In this document: positions 30,219 to 38,914 of the stretch, piece after piece
Numbering within the stretch: the stretch's first letter is position 1
Layout: every line of letters starts with the position of its first letter
Assembly (NCBI GenBank): GCA_963781885.1
Contig: CAWAHW010000001.1
Coordinates: 320,001 to 384,000, forward strand
Length of the DNA: 64,000 bases
From: an uncultured Spirochaetota bacterium
Lineage (GTDB): Bacteria > Spirochaetota > Spirochaetia > SZUA-6 > Fen-1364
Direction: 5' to 3'
Notes under the pieces: generated by a model
Database searches by the model: none
Seen by the model: only the letters and a program-made list of their open reading frames with translations
Told to the model about the DNA's origin: nothing
Translations under genes and position numbers: made by a program

Positions 30219-31066
30219 GCATGGTCTCTCGGAGCGCATCGGCCAATCCATTCCTCCTCACGCCGCTGGAGATCGAGGTGCGTGCCCGGGAAATCCGCCG
30301 CGCCATCATCCAGATGAACTCCGACGCGGGCCAGGGGCACACGGGCGCCGACCTGTCGGAAGCGGACATCCTTGCCTCGCTGTTCTTTCGCGTGCTCCGC
30401 TACGCCCCGGACCAGCCCGCTGACCCTGACCGTGACAGATTCATCCTCAGCAAGGGACACGGTGTCGGCGGTTTCTATTGCACGCTCGCGGAGGCGGGCA
30501 TCATCGAGCCGAAGCTCCTCTCGACCTACCTGAAATTCGATTCGGCGCTGCCCGGGCATCCCGTGCGGCAGAAAACCCCGTTCGTGGAGATCAACACGGG
30601 GGCGCTCGGGCATGGGCTGTCGGTGGCCGTCGGGCTTGCCCTGAGCGCGAAGATGAGCGGTCGGGGCTTCGGCGTGTATGTGCTCCTTGGCGACGGCGAG
30701 CTGCAGGAGGGCTCGAATTGGGAGGCGGCAATGAGCGCGGCGCAGTTCCGGCTGGGCAACCTCGTCGCCATCGTCGACAGGAACACGCTCCAGCTCGCCG
30801 ACCGCACCGAAAAAATCATGGCTCTGGAGCCGCTGGTGGAGAAGCTGGAAGCATTCGGATTCCAGACCGCCCGCGCGAACGGCAACGACCCTGCCGATAT
30901 CATCCAGGTGCTCGAGTCCTTCGACATGACCGGTCAAAAGCCGCACGCGGTCGTGGCCCGGACCGTGAAGGGCAAGGGCGTCTCCTTCATCGAGGACCAG
31001 CCCTCCTGGCATCACAAGATCCCCGTCGGGGACCAGCTGCGCCAGGCGATCGAGGAGCTGGAATGA
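30215..31066 (+). CDS. Transketolase N-terminal (TPP-binding) subunit
   Basis: GHTGADLS, RDRFILSKGH, TGALGHG, GDGELQEGSNWEA, TVKGKG, WHH. Confidence 0.93.
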   Translation: MSMVSRSASANPFLLTPLEIEVRAREIRRAIIQMNSDAGQGHTGADLSEADILASLFFRVLRYAPDQPADPDRDRFILSKGHGVGGFYCTLAEAGIIEPKLLSTYLKFDSALPGHPVRQKTPFVEINTGALGHGLSVAVGLALSAKMSGRGFGVYVLLGDGELQEGSNWEAAMSAAQFRLGNLVAIVDRNTLQLADRTEKIMALEPLVEKLEAFGFQTARANGNDPADIIQVLESFDMTGQKPHAVVARTVKGKGVSFIEDQPSWHHKIPVGDQLRQAIEELE

Positions 31067-32020
31067 CGTCCGTCGATCGCACGCAGGACCTGCGGGAAGC
31101 CATGGTCCAGAGCCTTGTGGAGGGAGTGGAGCAGGGCATCGAGCTGGTCGTGCTGGTAAGCGACTCTTCGAGCACCTCGTCGATCGCGCCGTTCAAGGCG
31201 CGCTTTCCCGACCGCCTGGTGAATGTCGGCATTGCGGAACAGAACCTGCTCGGCGTGGCCGCGGGTCTCTCCCTGGGCGGATACGTGAGCGTCACCGCGA
31301 ATGCCGCGTGCTTCCTGGTGGCGCGATCCTGCGAGCAGCTGAAGACCGACATCTGCTATTCGGCGACGAACGTCAAGCTCATGGGCTTGAATGCGGGCGT
31401 CGCGTATGGATCCCTCGCGAGCACCCATCATGCCATCGATGACATCTCCATCCTGCGCAGTCTCGGCACCATCAGGATTTTCGCCCCCGGGGACGGCCCC
31501 GAAGCGGCGCAGGTGATCGGCCAGGCCCTGCGCACCGACGGCCCCGTCTACGTCCGGCTGGACAATGCGCAGCTTCCCGTGTTTCATGATGCGGGATACA
31601 TTTTCCGGCCGGGACGACTCGATATCCTCCGGGAGGGAGGCGACCTGACGATCTTTGCGCTCGGCTCCGTCGTCCATGAAGCCCTCACCGCCGGGGACAT
31701 GCTCGCGAAACAAGGCTTGCGCGCAACCGTTGTGAACATGAGCTCCGTCCGTCCCACCGACGAGAAGGCCATTCGCCGGCTCGGCATGCGCGACCGGGCG
31801 CGTCGTCACGGTGGAGGAGCACTCGGTGAATGGCGGGATCGGTTCGCTCGTCGCGGAGAGTCTCGCCGAAGGAGGCTGCGCGGTGCGCTTCGAAAGGCTG
31901 GGCATCCCGGACGGCCATTTCGCCAAGGCAGGCCCCCGCGAGGAGATCCGGAGTCACTACGGGATAGATTCTTACGGCATCGTGCGGGCCGCACTGCGCG
32001 CGCTTTCCCGGGTGAGGTGA
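31063..32020 (+). CDS. Transketolase C-terminal subunit (frameshift near 31775-31790)
   Basis: NVGIAEQNL, STHHAIDD, GPVYVRL, then after a frame change TGRVVTVEEHSVNGGIGS. Confidence 0.9.
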
Positions 32021-32021
32021 C

Positions 32022-33509
32022 ATGACTCCTCCCTATCTCCTGGCAGTCGATCAGGGGACAAGCAGCACCAAGACCATCATCTTCGACAGGCAGGGCGACA
32101 TCGTCGCCGCCGCGGCCCGCGACCTGCCGATCGAGTACCCCCGCACCGGGTTCGTCGAACAGGACCCCGGCGAGATCCACCGCAGCGTCGTCGAATCCGT
32201 CGCGGCGTGCGCCGCGCAGTTTCGGGATCGCGGCGGATCGCTCGCCGATCTTGCGGCCTGCGGCATCTCCAATCAGAGAGAGACATTCCTCCTGTGGGAC
32301 CGTGGCGGGCGTCCCCTGTGCAAGGCAATCAGCTGGCAGTGCGAAAGATCGGTCGCCGTCTGCGAGCGCCTGCGCGCGGACGGACAGTCCGGGGAGATCG
32401 CCGCGCGCACCGGTCTGATGATCACTCCCTACTTCTCCGGCACCAAGCTCCTGTGGCTCCTTGAGAACGATCCCGGCATCCGGCGTGCCGTGCAGGCGGG
32501 AGAGGCGTTTTTCGGCACGGTCGACACCTGGCTTCTTCACCGTCTCACCCGGGGACAATGCTACGCGACGGACCACACGAACGCGTCGCGGACCCTGCTG
32601 TTCAATATCGACACCCTCGCGTGGGACACGGAGCTGCTGTCCCGCTGGGGGCTGTCGGGGCTGCGGCTCCCCGCCGTGCATCCATCCGTACACCCGTTCG
32701 GAGAATCCGACTTTGACGGCGCTCTTTCACGCACCCTGCCGATCGCGGCGATGATCGGTGATTCCCATGCCGCGGCATTCGGTGAAGGCTGCACCCGGCC
32801 GGGAATGGCGAAGGTGACGATCGGCACGGGCTCGTCGGTGCTCGTCAACGTGGGGGCAAAGCGGCGCGCGGCCGGAGGCGGCATCGTTTCGACCGTCTGC
32901 TACAGCCTCCCGCAGGGCGTGCAGTATGCGCTGGAGGGGATCATCGTGAGCTGCGCCGCGACCATCGCGTGGATGCGCGACCAGCTTGGGCTTTTCAGCG
33001 ACAGCGGGGAAACGGAGGCAATGGCGCGGGAAGCGCGGGACAGCCGGGGGGTGTACGTCATTCCCGCGTTCAGCGGTCTTGGCTCGCCTCATTGGAAGAT
33101 GAATCTGAAGGCATCGATTCAAGGGCTCACGTTCGCCAGCGGCAAAAATCAGGTCGTGCGCGCGGCTCTCGAATCGATCCCGTACCAGATCGCCGACGTC
33201 ATGGAAGCCATCGCGGCCTCGAGCGGAAGCGATCCGGCCGAGCTGCGGGTCGATGGCGGCATGACCGCAAACAGCTTCGTCATGCAGCTTCTGGCCGACC
33301 TTGTTGCGGCGCCGGTCGTCACGATCGGGACCGCGAACGTTTCCGCGCTCGGCGCGGCGGCGCTTGCGGGTCTCGGAGCGGGGGTATACGGCGGCATCGA
33401 CGATCTTGTCGGTCTCGCGCAGGAAAAGCGGAGATTCGGTGCCGGCCCGGATGCCGCGCGGGCGCAGCAGGGCTACGAGGGATGGAGGAAGCTGCTCCGG
33501 AATCTCTGA
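32022..33509 (+). CDS. FGGY carbohydrate kinase (glycerol kinase-like)
   Basis: DQGTSSTK, ISNQRET, YFSGTK, TDHTNASRT, PAFSGLGSPHW, VDGG. Confidence 0.92.
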   Translation: MTPPYLLAVDQGTSSTKTIIFDRQGDIVAAAARDLPIEYPRTGFVEQDPGEIHRSVVESVAACAAQFRDRGGSLADLAACGISNQRETFLLWDRGGRPLCKAISWQCERSVAVCERLRADGQSGEIAARTGLMITPYFSGTKLLWLLENDPGIRRAVQAGEAFFGTVDTWLLHRLTRGQCYATDHTNASRTLLFNIDTLAWDTELLSRWGLSGLRLPAVHPSVHPFGESDFDGALSRTLPIAAMIGDSHAAAFGEGCTRPGMAKVTIGTGSSVLVNVGAKRRAAGGGIVSTVCYSLPQGVQYALEGIIVSCAATIAWMRDQLGLFSDSGETEAMAREARDSRGVYVIPAFSGLGSPHWKMNLKASIQGLTFASGKNQVVRAALESIPYQIADVMEAIAASSGSDPAELRVDGGMTANSFVMQLLADLVAAPVVTIGTANVSALGAAALAGLGAGVYGGIDDLVGLAQEKRRFGAGPDAARAQQGYEGWRKLLRNL

Positions 33510-33528
33510 GGTCCGTGGCACGTCAGCA

Positions 33529-34974
33529 TCAGCCGGGGGCGAAGCTCATCTCCATGCGATCGAAATCGATCGTCCAGGCATATTCCTTGAGAATGCGGTG
33601 GCTGACGATGCCGTCGATGATGAAGCTCGCATCGGCAAAGGATGTGTCGGGGAAGACCCCATACACGCCCGTTGCATGCTGAATTTCCAGGCCTCCAAGG
33701 GCGAGTCGATCCACGGTGAAGTGCCCGATGCGCGCGCGTGATATGCCCGCTCCGCCGATTCCTTCGATCTGCACCATGGTTGGTTTCGGTATCCCGGCGT
33801 AACGGAGGGTGCGGATCGTGGCGGCAAAACCCGCGGAGGCATCGGCGAGACCGGAATCGAGGAAGAAGAGAAGACCTTCCCTTGCATTGAGGGAGCCACG
33901 GACGAGCATCAGGTGGGTTTCCGAGAGATAGAAGGGAACGCGACAGGCAGGCGCGTGACCGGGCTCATCGGGCAGGGGGGTGGATCGATCGACCGTCCGC
34001 GGGCGAAGCACCAAACGGCCATTCGGATAGTCCATCGTGGAAAGGAACTTCTGAAGGACATTTGTCCCGATGATGCCATCGATCTCGTACCTCCCGCCGG
34101 TGAGGCTCGTCGACATGAGCTTCGTCGGCAGCAGCCAGATCGGCACGGTGCGGAGCGTCACGCCCCCCATCTGCACGGAATCCGCTTTCGCGTAGGCGTA
34201 TCCACCGCGCTTCCCGAATGCGAATCCCGCGGAGCTGGTCTCGACCAGCGGCGTGATTCCCATGGATGCCGCGATCTCGGGATCGATGATGAGCGAAGCG
34301 CCGCCGGTATCGATGAGCGCGTCAATCGTCCTTCCGTTCACCGTGATCTCCACGATCGGCAGCGGGTCGGTCATCAGGAACGGAACGATCGCCTCGCGCG
34401 CGTCGTTCCAGTCGATCCGATTCGGCCTGTTCGTTCCGAAGGCCCGCATCATGTCGTTGAGCGGTCTCACCGATTCTTCCCATCCCGCGGGGAGGGCCAA
34501 TCTCTGCGGCAGCGCGGGGCGCGCGGCGTAGTCGTCGGTTTGGTACGCGGCGAATGTCAGGATGGACAGGGCCTCCGCGCGCGTGGGCGCGTCCGCGTCG
34601 CGACGGCCGGCGACCGTGCGCGCGAAGTCCGCCGCCTCGCGGAAGCTGCCCCTCATGTACGCGAGCTTCGATGCAAGCGACAGCGCACCGGTTCCGGCAG
34701 GCGCATCCGCGAGCGCAGGGGCGAGAATGTTCTCCGCTTCTGGGAAATTTCCGGTCTTGAAAAGCTGGAGCGCATAAGAGAGCCGCGCCCGGGCGTCGCC
34801 CGGGCGCGCGGCGAAGCTCTTTTCCGCGGCAATTCTCTTCGACTCGTATCGCCCCCGATCGTCTTGGGTGAAAAGACCGTAACCCCCGGTGGCACATCCG
34901 GCGATCGTCACCAGGATGAGCGCGGCCGCGGCGAAGACACAGATCTTGATGACTGAAGGGAATTGGTGCTCCAT
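33529..34974 (-). CDS. Lipoprotein with TPR-like region and two retropepsin-like aspartyl protease domains
   Basis: Lipobox IAGC, helical repeats, ALIDTGG...DGIIG and FFLDSGL...DGIVS; SD GAAGGAGG. Confidence 0.75.
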   Translation of the reverse strand: MEHQFPSVIKICVFAAAALILVTIAGCATGGYGLFTQDDRGRYESKRIAAEKSFAARPGDARARLSYALQLFKTGNFPEAENILAPALADAPAGTGALSLASKLAYMRGSFREAADFARTVAGRRDADAPTRAEALSILTFAAYQTDDYAARPALPQRLALPAGWEESVRPLNDMMRAFGTNRPNRIDWNDAREAIVPFLMTDPLPIVEITVNGRTIDALIDTGGASLIIDPEIAASMGITPLVETSSAGFAFGKRGGYAYAKADSVQMGGVTLRTVPIWLLPTKLMSTSLTGGRYEIDGIIGTNVLQKFLSTMDYPNGRLVLRPRTVDRSTPLPDEPGHAPACRVPFYLSETHLMLVRGSLNAREGLLFFLDSGLADASAGFAATIRTLRYAGIPKPTMVQIEGIGGAGISRARIGHFTVDRLALGGLEIQHATGVYGVFPDTSFADASFIIDGIVSHRILKEYAWTIDFDRMEMSFAPG

Positions 34975-34987
34975 GCGAATCCTCCTT

Positions 34988-35578
34988 CTAAAGGTGGACC
35001 TTTTTTCCGTGCGGAATCCCTTTTGCGGAGACTTCGGGATACAGGGCCGCGGCGAGGCTGAAGGCCTTTTCTCCGTTGGAATCCGACGCCTGGAACTCCT
35101 CGATGAGCCTGCCCAGCTTCTTCTGGAATTGCGCGATCTTTGACGTCGATATTCGCGCGGTCGCCAGCAAGGCGAGCACCGTGTCGGCCTGGTCATCGGT
35201 GGCAATCCGCATGGCTGTGGAGAGGTTGTCGCGCAGGATCCCCAGCGCCAGGGCGGCCTTGCCCGTGGTGTTCTGGCCTTTGGGCTTCACGTCGAACGCA
35301 TATGCCGCGGCCCGGTAGTACTTTTCCAGGTTTCGACCCGTGTCCCGTTTTTCGACAAGACGGATCAGTCCCGCTTTCTCGAGGGCCTTGAAATGCCGGG
35401 TGAGATTCGCCGGATGCACGCCCAGCAATCGCGCCACTTCGGATTCGGTCTTTTTCGCTTCGGCGAGCAGGGACACGATCGTCATGCGGACGGGATGGAC
35501 ATATGCCTTTATTCCGTTTGGGGAGTCCAGAAGCATCGTCTCCCGCGGCTCTCTTGCGTCCTGAATTTCATTAGTCAT
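34988..35578 (-). CDS. ArsR-like winged-HTH transcriptional regulator
   Basis: HPVRMTIVSLL...EVARLLGVHPANLTRHFKALEKAGLI...EKYYRA. Confidence 0.85.
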   Translation of the reverse strand: MTNEIQDAREPRETMLLDSPNGIKAYVHPVRMTIVSLLAEAKKTESEVARLLGVHPANLTRHFKALEKAGLIRLVEKRDTGRNLEKYYRAAAYAFDVKPKGQNTTGKAALALGILRDNLSTAMRIATDDQADTVLALLATARISTSKIAQFQKKLGRLIEEFQASDSNGEKAFSLAAALYPEVSAKGIPHGKKVHL

Positions 35579-35581
35579 AAT

Positions 35582-35697
35582 GCTAATATTAGCGTAAACG
35601 CTACTTTATGTCAAGAAGATTTGATGTTCTAACTCAATCAGTTTTTGCCTAAATCTGTGCGACTTTGTTGACATTCTTCCAGTTGGGGCATAAAAAT
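35582..35697. promoter_or_regulatory. Divergent promoter pair with palindromic operator
   Basis: Minus: TTGACA (35614-35609), N17, TAATAT (35591-35586), with the -10 inside the palindrome GCTAATATTAGC (35582-35593). Plus: TTGACA (35668-35673), N17, TAAAAA(T). Confidence 0.6.
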
Positions 35698-35704
35698 AGC
35701 TCAT

Positions 35705-37270
35705 ATGTTGCGAACGCCTTTGAGCATGGACACCTGGCGGCGCGTTTCCAGCATCATCGAGGAAACAGAGGTCGTGGATGCGCATACACACATCCAGGAC
35801 GACATCACCGGATTCACGGCCGATATGGGGCAGGCAAATCTCTCGGGCACGCAGGCCTCATTCAATCGACCATCGAAAGAGGTGATCTCTGAAGGCGTGT
35901 CCGCCGGGCGCCTGATGCGCCGCTCGATGCTCGATCCCACGCACGCCCTGTTCTACTCCTGGTTCGCGGAAATCGTCGAGGGGGCGAACAATCGGCTCGA
36001 TGAGGCTATTGCGCTCATCGGCGACAACTCCATCGGTGCGCGCAAGCGGGCCGGCCGTTTTCTGCTTCAAGAGCTCAAGGACAGCCGGTACTCGGAGTAT
36101 GCGGCCTGGATTCGCTACATGTTCCGGCTCTACGACGGCGTCGTCAAGGACCCCCTCGACCCGGCAGGCTTCGACATGGTCTGGGACGCGGTTTCGCGGG
36201 CGCGCCGCGACAGGGGCTTTGCGGAAAGGGTGCTGGCGGACCACAGGGTGAAGGCCTATGTGACGAGCATCGAGAACCGCGACGGAATTCCATTCGATCC
36301 CGCGGTCCGGCCGAAAGACGTGGATCTTTCCTTTTCCACGCATCCCGAGGCCTGGTCCATGTTCGACTTCAACGGGCTCCTCTGGCCCGAGCGCGCGACT
36401 GATTTCGGCCTTTTCACGCGCGGTCACAAGTTCGAGGCAGAGAGATACCTTCTGCACCTGGAAGAGTACTTCGAGACGGACATCGCTTCGGTGGACCGGC
36501 TCAAGGACGCGGTGCATGGCTTCTTCCGCTCCATCCTGCGCAGCCCGGGCGCCAACCCGAAGAGCCGCATCCTCTATGTCGACGGCTTCCAATCGGAATG
36601 GTTTCGCTTCAGCAGACCCTATTCACGGTCCTCGGTCGACTACGCCATCCGCCATCACCGCGGCCAGCTCGACGGCACGCTCCGGGAAGAGGTCATTTCG
36701 TGCGTGGCCGAAGCGATGCTCGAAGCCCTGGACGATATCGGCAGCGAATACCGGAAAGCGGGCGCCCGGTTCGGCTGCTGCCTCCAGCTCTGCGCCGGGG
36801 CGAGGCATTTCATGGACTGGTCGCGCGAGATCCAATCCTTTCCCGTCGCCATTCCCCGTCTTCCGCAAGACGAGTATCCGGTATGGATCAGGTACCCCCA
36901 CGTCCATTTCGAGTACATCTGCGCCAACGGGTCGCTGTACGAGGACATGGCGGGGGCGGCGAAACAGGTGGGCAATGTCTCGGCAGGACCCTGGTGGCAT
37001 TTCTTCCGCCGGCACAAGCTCGGGCAGATGATCTACGACCAGATCAGCATGGGCCCCCTGTCGTCCATCGCGCTGGGATTCACCGATGCGCGCTTCGTGG
37101 AGATGCTTGCCGCGAAGTATCGCTCGCTTCGACTGGCACTCACCGACGCGCTCACGGCACTCGTGGAAGACGAGTCCTCCGCGATGTACGGCGATCTCGA
37201 CGCCGTGCGCGACGTGGCAAAGGAAATGCTCTTGGGCAATCCCTCTGCCGTCCACCACATTCCTCTCTGA
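35705..37270 (+). CDS. Divergent amidohydrolase-superfamily protein, uronate isomerase-like
   Basis: N-terminal VVDAHTH (HxH), GPWWHF and FTDARFVEMLAAKY, matching the WWF and SDAR...YK motifs of uronate isomerases; ends in GNP. Confidence 0.6.
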   Translation: MLRTPLSMDTWRRVSSIIEETEVVDAHTHIQDDITGFTADMGQANLSGTQASFNRPSKEVISEGVSAGRLMRRSMLDPTHALFYSWFAEIVEGANNRLDEAIALIGDNSIGARKRAGRFLLQELKDSRYSEYAAWIRYMFRLYDGVVKDPLDPAGFDMVWDAVSRARRDRGFAERVLADHRVKAYVTSIENRDGIPFDPAVRPKDVDLSFSTHPEAWSMFDFNGLLWPERATDFGLFTRGHKFEAERYLLHLEEYFETDIASVDRLKDAVHGFFRSILRSPGANPKSRILYVDGFQSEWFRFSRPYSRSSVDYAIRHHRGQLDGTLREEVISCVAEAMLEALDDIGSEYRKAGARFGCCLQLCAGARHFMDWSREIQSFPVAIPRLPQDEYPVWIRYPHVHFEYICANGSLYEDMAGAAKQVGNVSAGPWWHFFRRHKLGQMIYDQISMGPLSSIALGFTDARFVEMLAAKYRSLRLALTDALTALVEDESSAMYGDLDAVRDVAKEMLLGNPSAVHHIPL

Positions 37271-37288
37271 AAGGCGCGGGGCGGCATC

Positions 37289-38056
37289 GTGAAAGACGCC
37301 ATCGACAAGGCCCTCGCCATTCTCACGAAAAAGGGCTACCGAAGCGTTGCCGAGCTGTCCGCGGATCTCGGCGTCTCCGAGATGACCGTGCGCCGCTACC
37401 TCGACAGGCTGGAGGAGCGCAATCTCATCAGGCGGACCTTCGGCGGGGCCTTCGTCGGCCAGGACATGACGGAGGTCGATTACCGCATGCGCAACGCGGT
37501 CTCCCACGCGGAGAAGACGGCGATCGGGCGCGCGGCAAGCGCCCTGATCCAGCCCGGTGAGTCGGTATTCATCGACGCCGGTACGACCGCGGCGCACCTG
37601 GCCGCGGCGATCGATGATTCCAAGAGGATGACGGTCGTCACCAACTCGCTCATTGTCATGCAGACGCTGGAGCGTCGGGCGAACGTCGTCACCATCATCC
37701 TCGGCGGGAGGCTGCACGCCCCGTCCCATTCGCTGATCGGTCCTCTTGCGGAGGAGGCGGTCATGCAGTTCCGTTTTGGCAAGGCCTTTCTCGGGGCGAA
37801 CGGCATCGACGGCTCGGGATTCACCCAGGCGAACATCGACGAGGTGCCGATCAAGAAGCGTGTCGCCGCCAATGCGAAAGAGGTCATCATCCTCGCGGAC
37901 AGCAGGAAGTTCGATTCCGAGAAGCTCGTGCTGTTCCTGAAGACGGACCAGGTCCACACACTCATCACCGATCCCGGGATTCCCGACAGGTACCGGCGGG
38001 AGCTCCAGGAACAAGGGATGAGGATCATCATCGCGAAGGCGGAGGGGGCTGCATGA
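37289..38056 (+). CDS. DeoR/GlpR family transcriptional regulator
   Basis: VSEMTVRRYL..RTFGGA, IDAGTT, VTNSL, ADSRKF. Confidence 0.93.
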   Translation: MKDAIDKALAILTKKGYRSVAELSADLGVSEMTVRRYLDRLEERNLIRRTFGGAFVGQDMTEVDYRMRNAVSHAEKTAIGRAASALIQPGESVFIDAGTTAAHLAAAIDDSKRMTVVTNSLIVMQTLERRANVVTIILGGRLHAPSHSLIGPLAEEAVMQFRFGKAFLGANGIDGSGFTQANIDEVPIKKRVAANAKEVIILADSRKFDSEKLVLFLKTDQVHTLITDPGIPDRYRRELQEQGMRIIIAKAEGAA

Positions 38057-38904
38057 GCTTTGTTGCCATGAAGATGCTCGTCGACAGGGCATACCGCGAC
38101 GGATATGCTGTCCCGTCGTTCTGCGCGTGGAACGCCGAGGTCATGGCCGCGGTGCTTCGCGTCGCGGAGCGTCTGCGCGCGCCTGTCATCCTCATGCAGG
38201 GGCCGGGGGAGTTCCCCGTGATGGAACCCGCCCTCATGGCGGCCGTTGCGCGCGCCGTGAAAAGCAGCTTCGACACACCCGCCGCCCTGCATCTCGACCA
38301 CGGCGACACTCTTGCGCTCGTCCAGACATGCCTCCAGAACGACTACACCTCCGTGATGCTCGACTACTCGACACGACCAATGGAGGAGAATGTCGACGCC
38401 CTTCGCGAGGTGGTGCGGCTCTCGCGGCCGCGCGGCGTGACGGTGGAAGGGGAGCTGGGCCACGTCGGCCAGGCGGACGAATCGACAGCGGAGGGCGCGG
38501 GAGCATCGACTTTCACCGATCCCGCGAAGGCGCGCGCGTACGTGGACGCCACTGGCGTGGACGTGCTTGCCGTTTCCATCGGCAACAAGCACGGCTTCTA
38601 CAAGGGAGAGCCGAAGCTCGATTTCGGTCTTCTCACCACGCTCCACGCTGCCACGGGGATTCCCCTTGTCCTGCACGGAGGAACGGGCATCCCCGCGAAG
38701 GACATCGAGAAGGCCGTTGCGCGTGGCATCGCAAAGGTGAACGTCGCAAGCGATCTTGTGCACGGCATGCGCGCCGATCTCATGGCGCAGTGGACGGAAG
38801 GCAGAAACCTCTGGTCTCCCCTTGCCATCGGCGCGGCAATGGAGGGTCTGGAGAAAACGATCGAGAAATGGATCCGGGTCACGGGAGCAGCAGGCAGGGC
38901 TTGA
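38053..38904 (+). CDS. Class II fructose/tagatose-bisphosphate aldolase family
   Basis: HLDHG, SVMLD, VEGELGHVG, LAVSIGNKHG, VLHGGTG, KVNV. Confidence 0.92.
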   Translation: MSFVAMKMLVDRAYRDGYAVPSFCAWNAEVMAAVLRVAERLRAPVILMQGPGEFPVMEPALMAAVARAVKSSFDTPAALHLDHGDTLALVQTCLQNDYTSVMLDYSTRPMEENVDALREVVRLSRPRGVTVEGELGHVGQADESTAEGAGASTFTDPAKARAYVDATGVDVLAVSIGNKHGFYKGEPKLDFGLLTTLHAATGIPLVLHGGTGIPAKDIEKAVARGIAKVNVASDLVHGMRADLMAQWTEGRNLWSPLAIGAAMEGLEKTIEKWIRVTGAAGRA

Positions 38905-38914
38905 GGAGGTCGTC

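Noticed and set aside
32022-33509. Annotation as glpK
   Set aside because: No glpD or glpF nearby; coupling to an isomerase and split transketolase points to another substrate, so no symbol was given.
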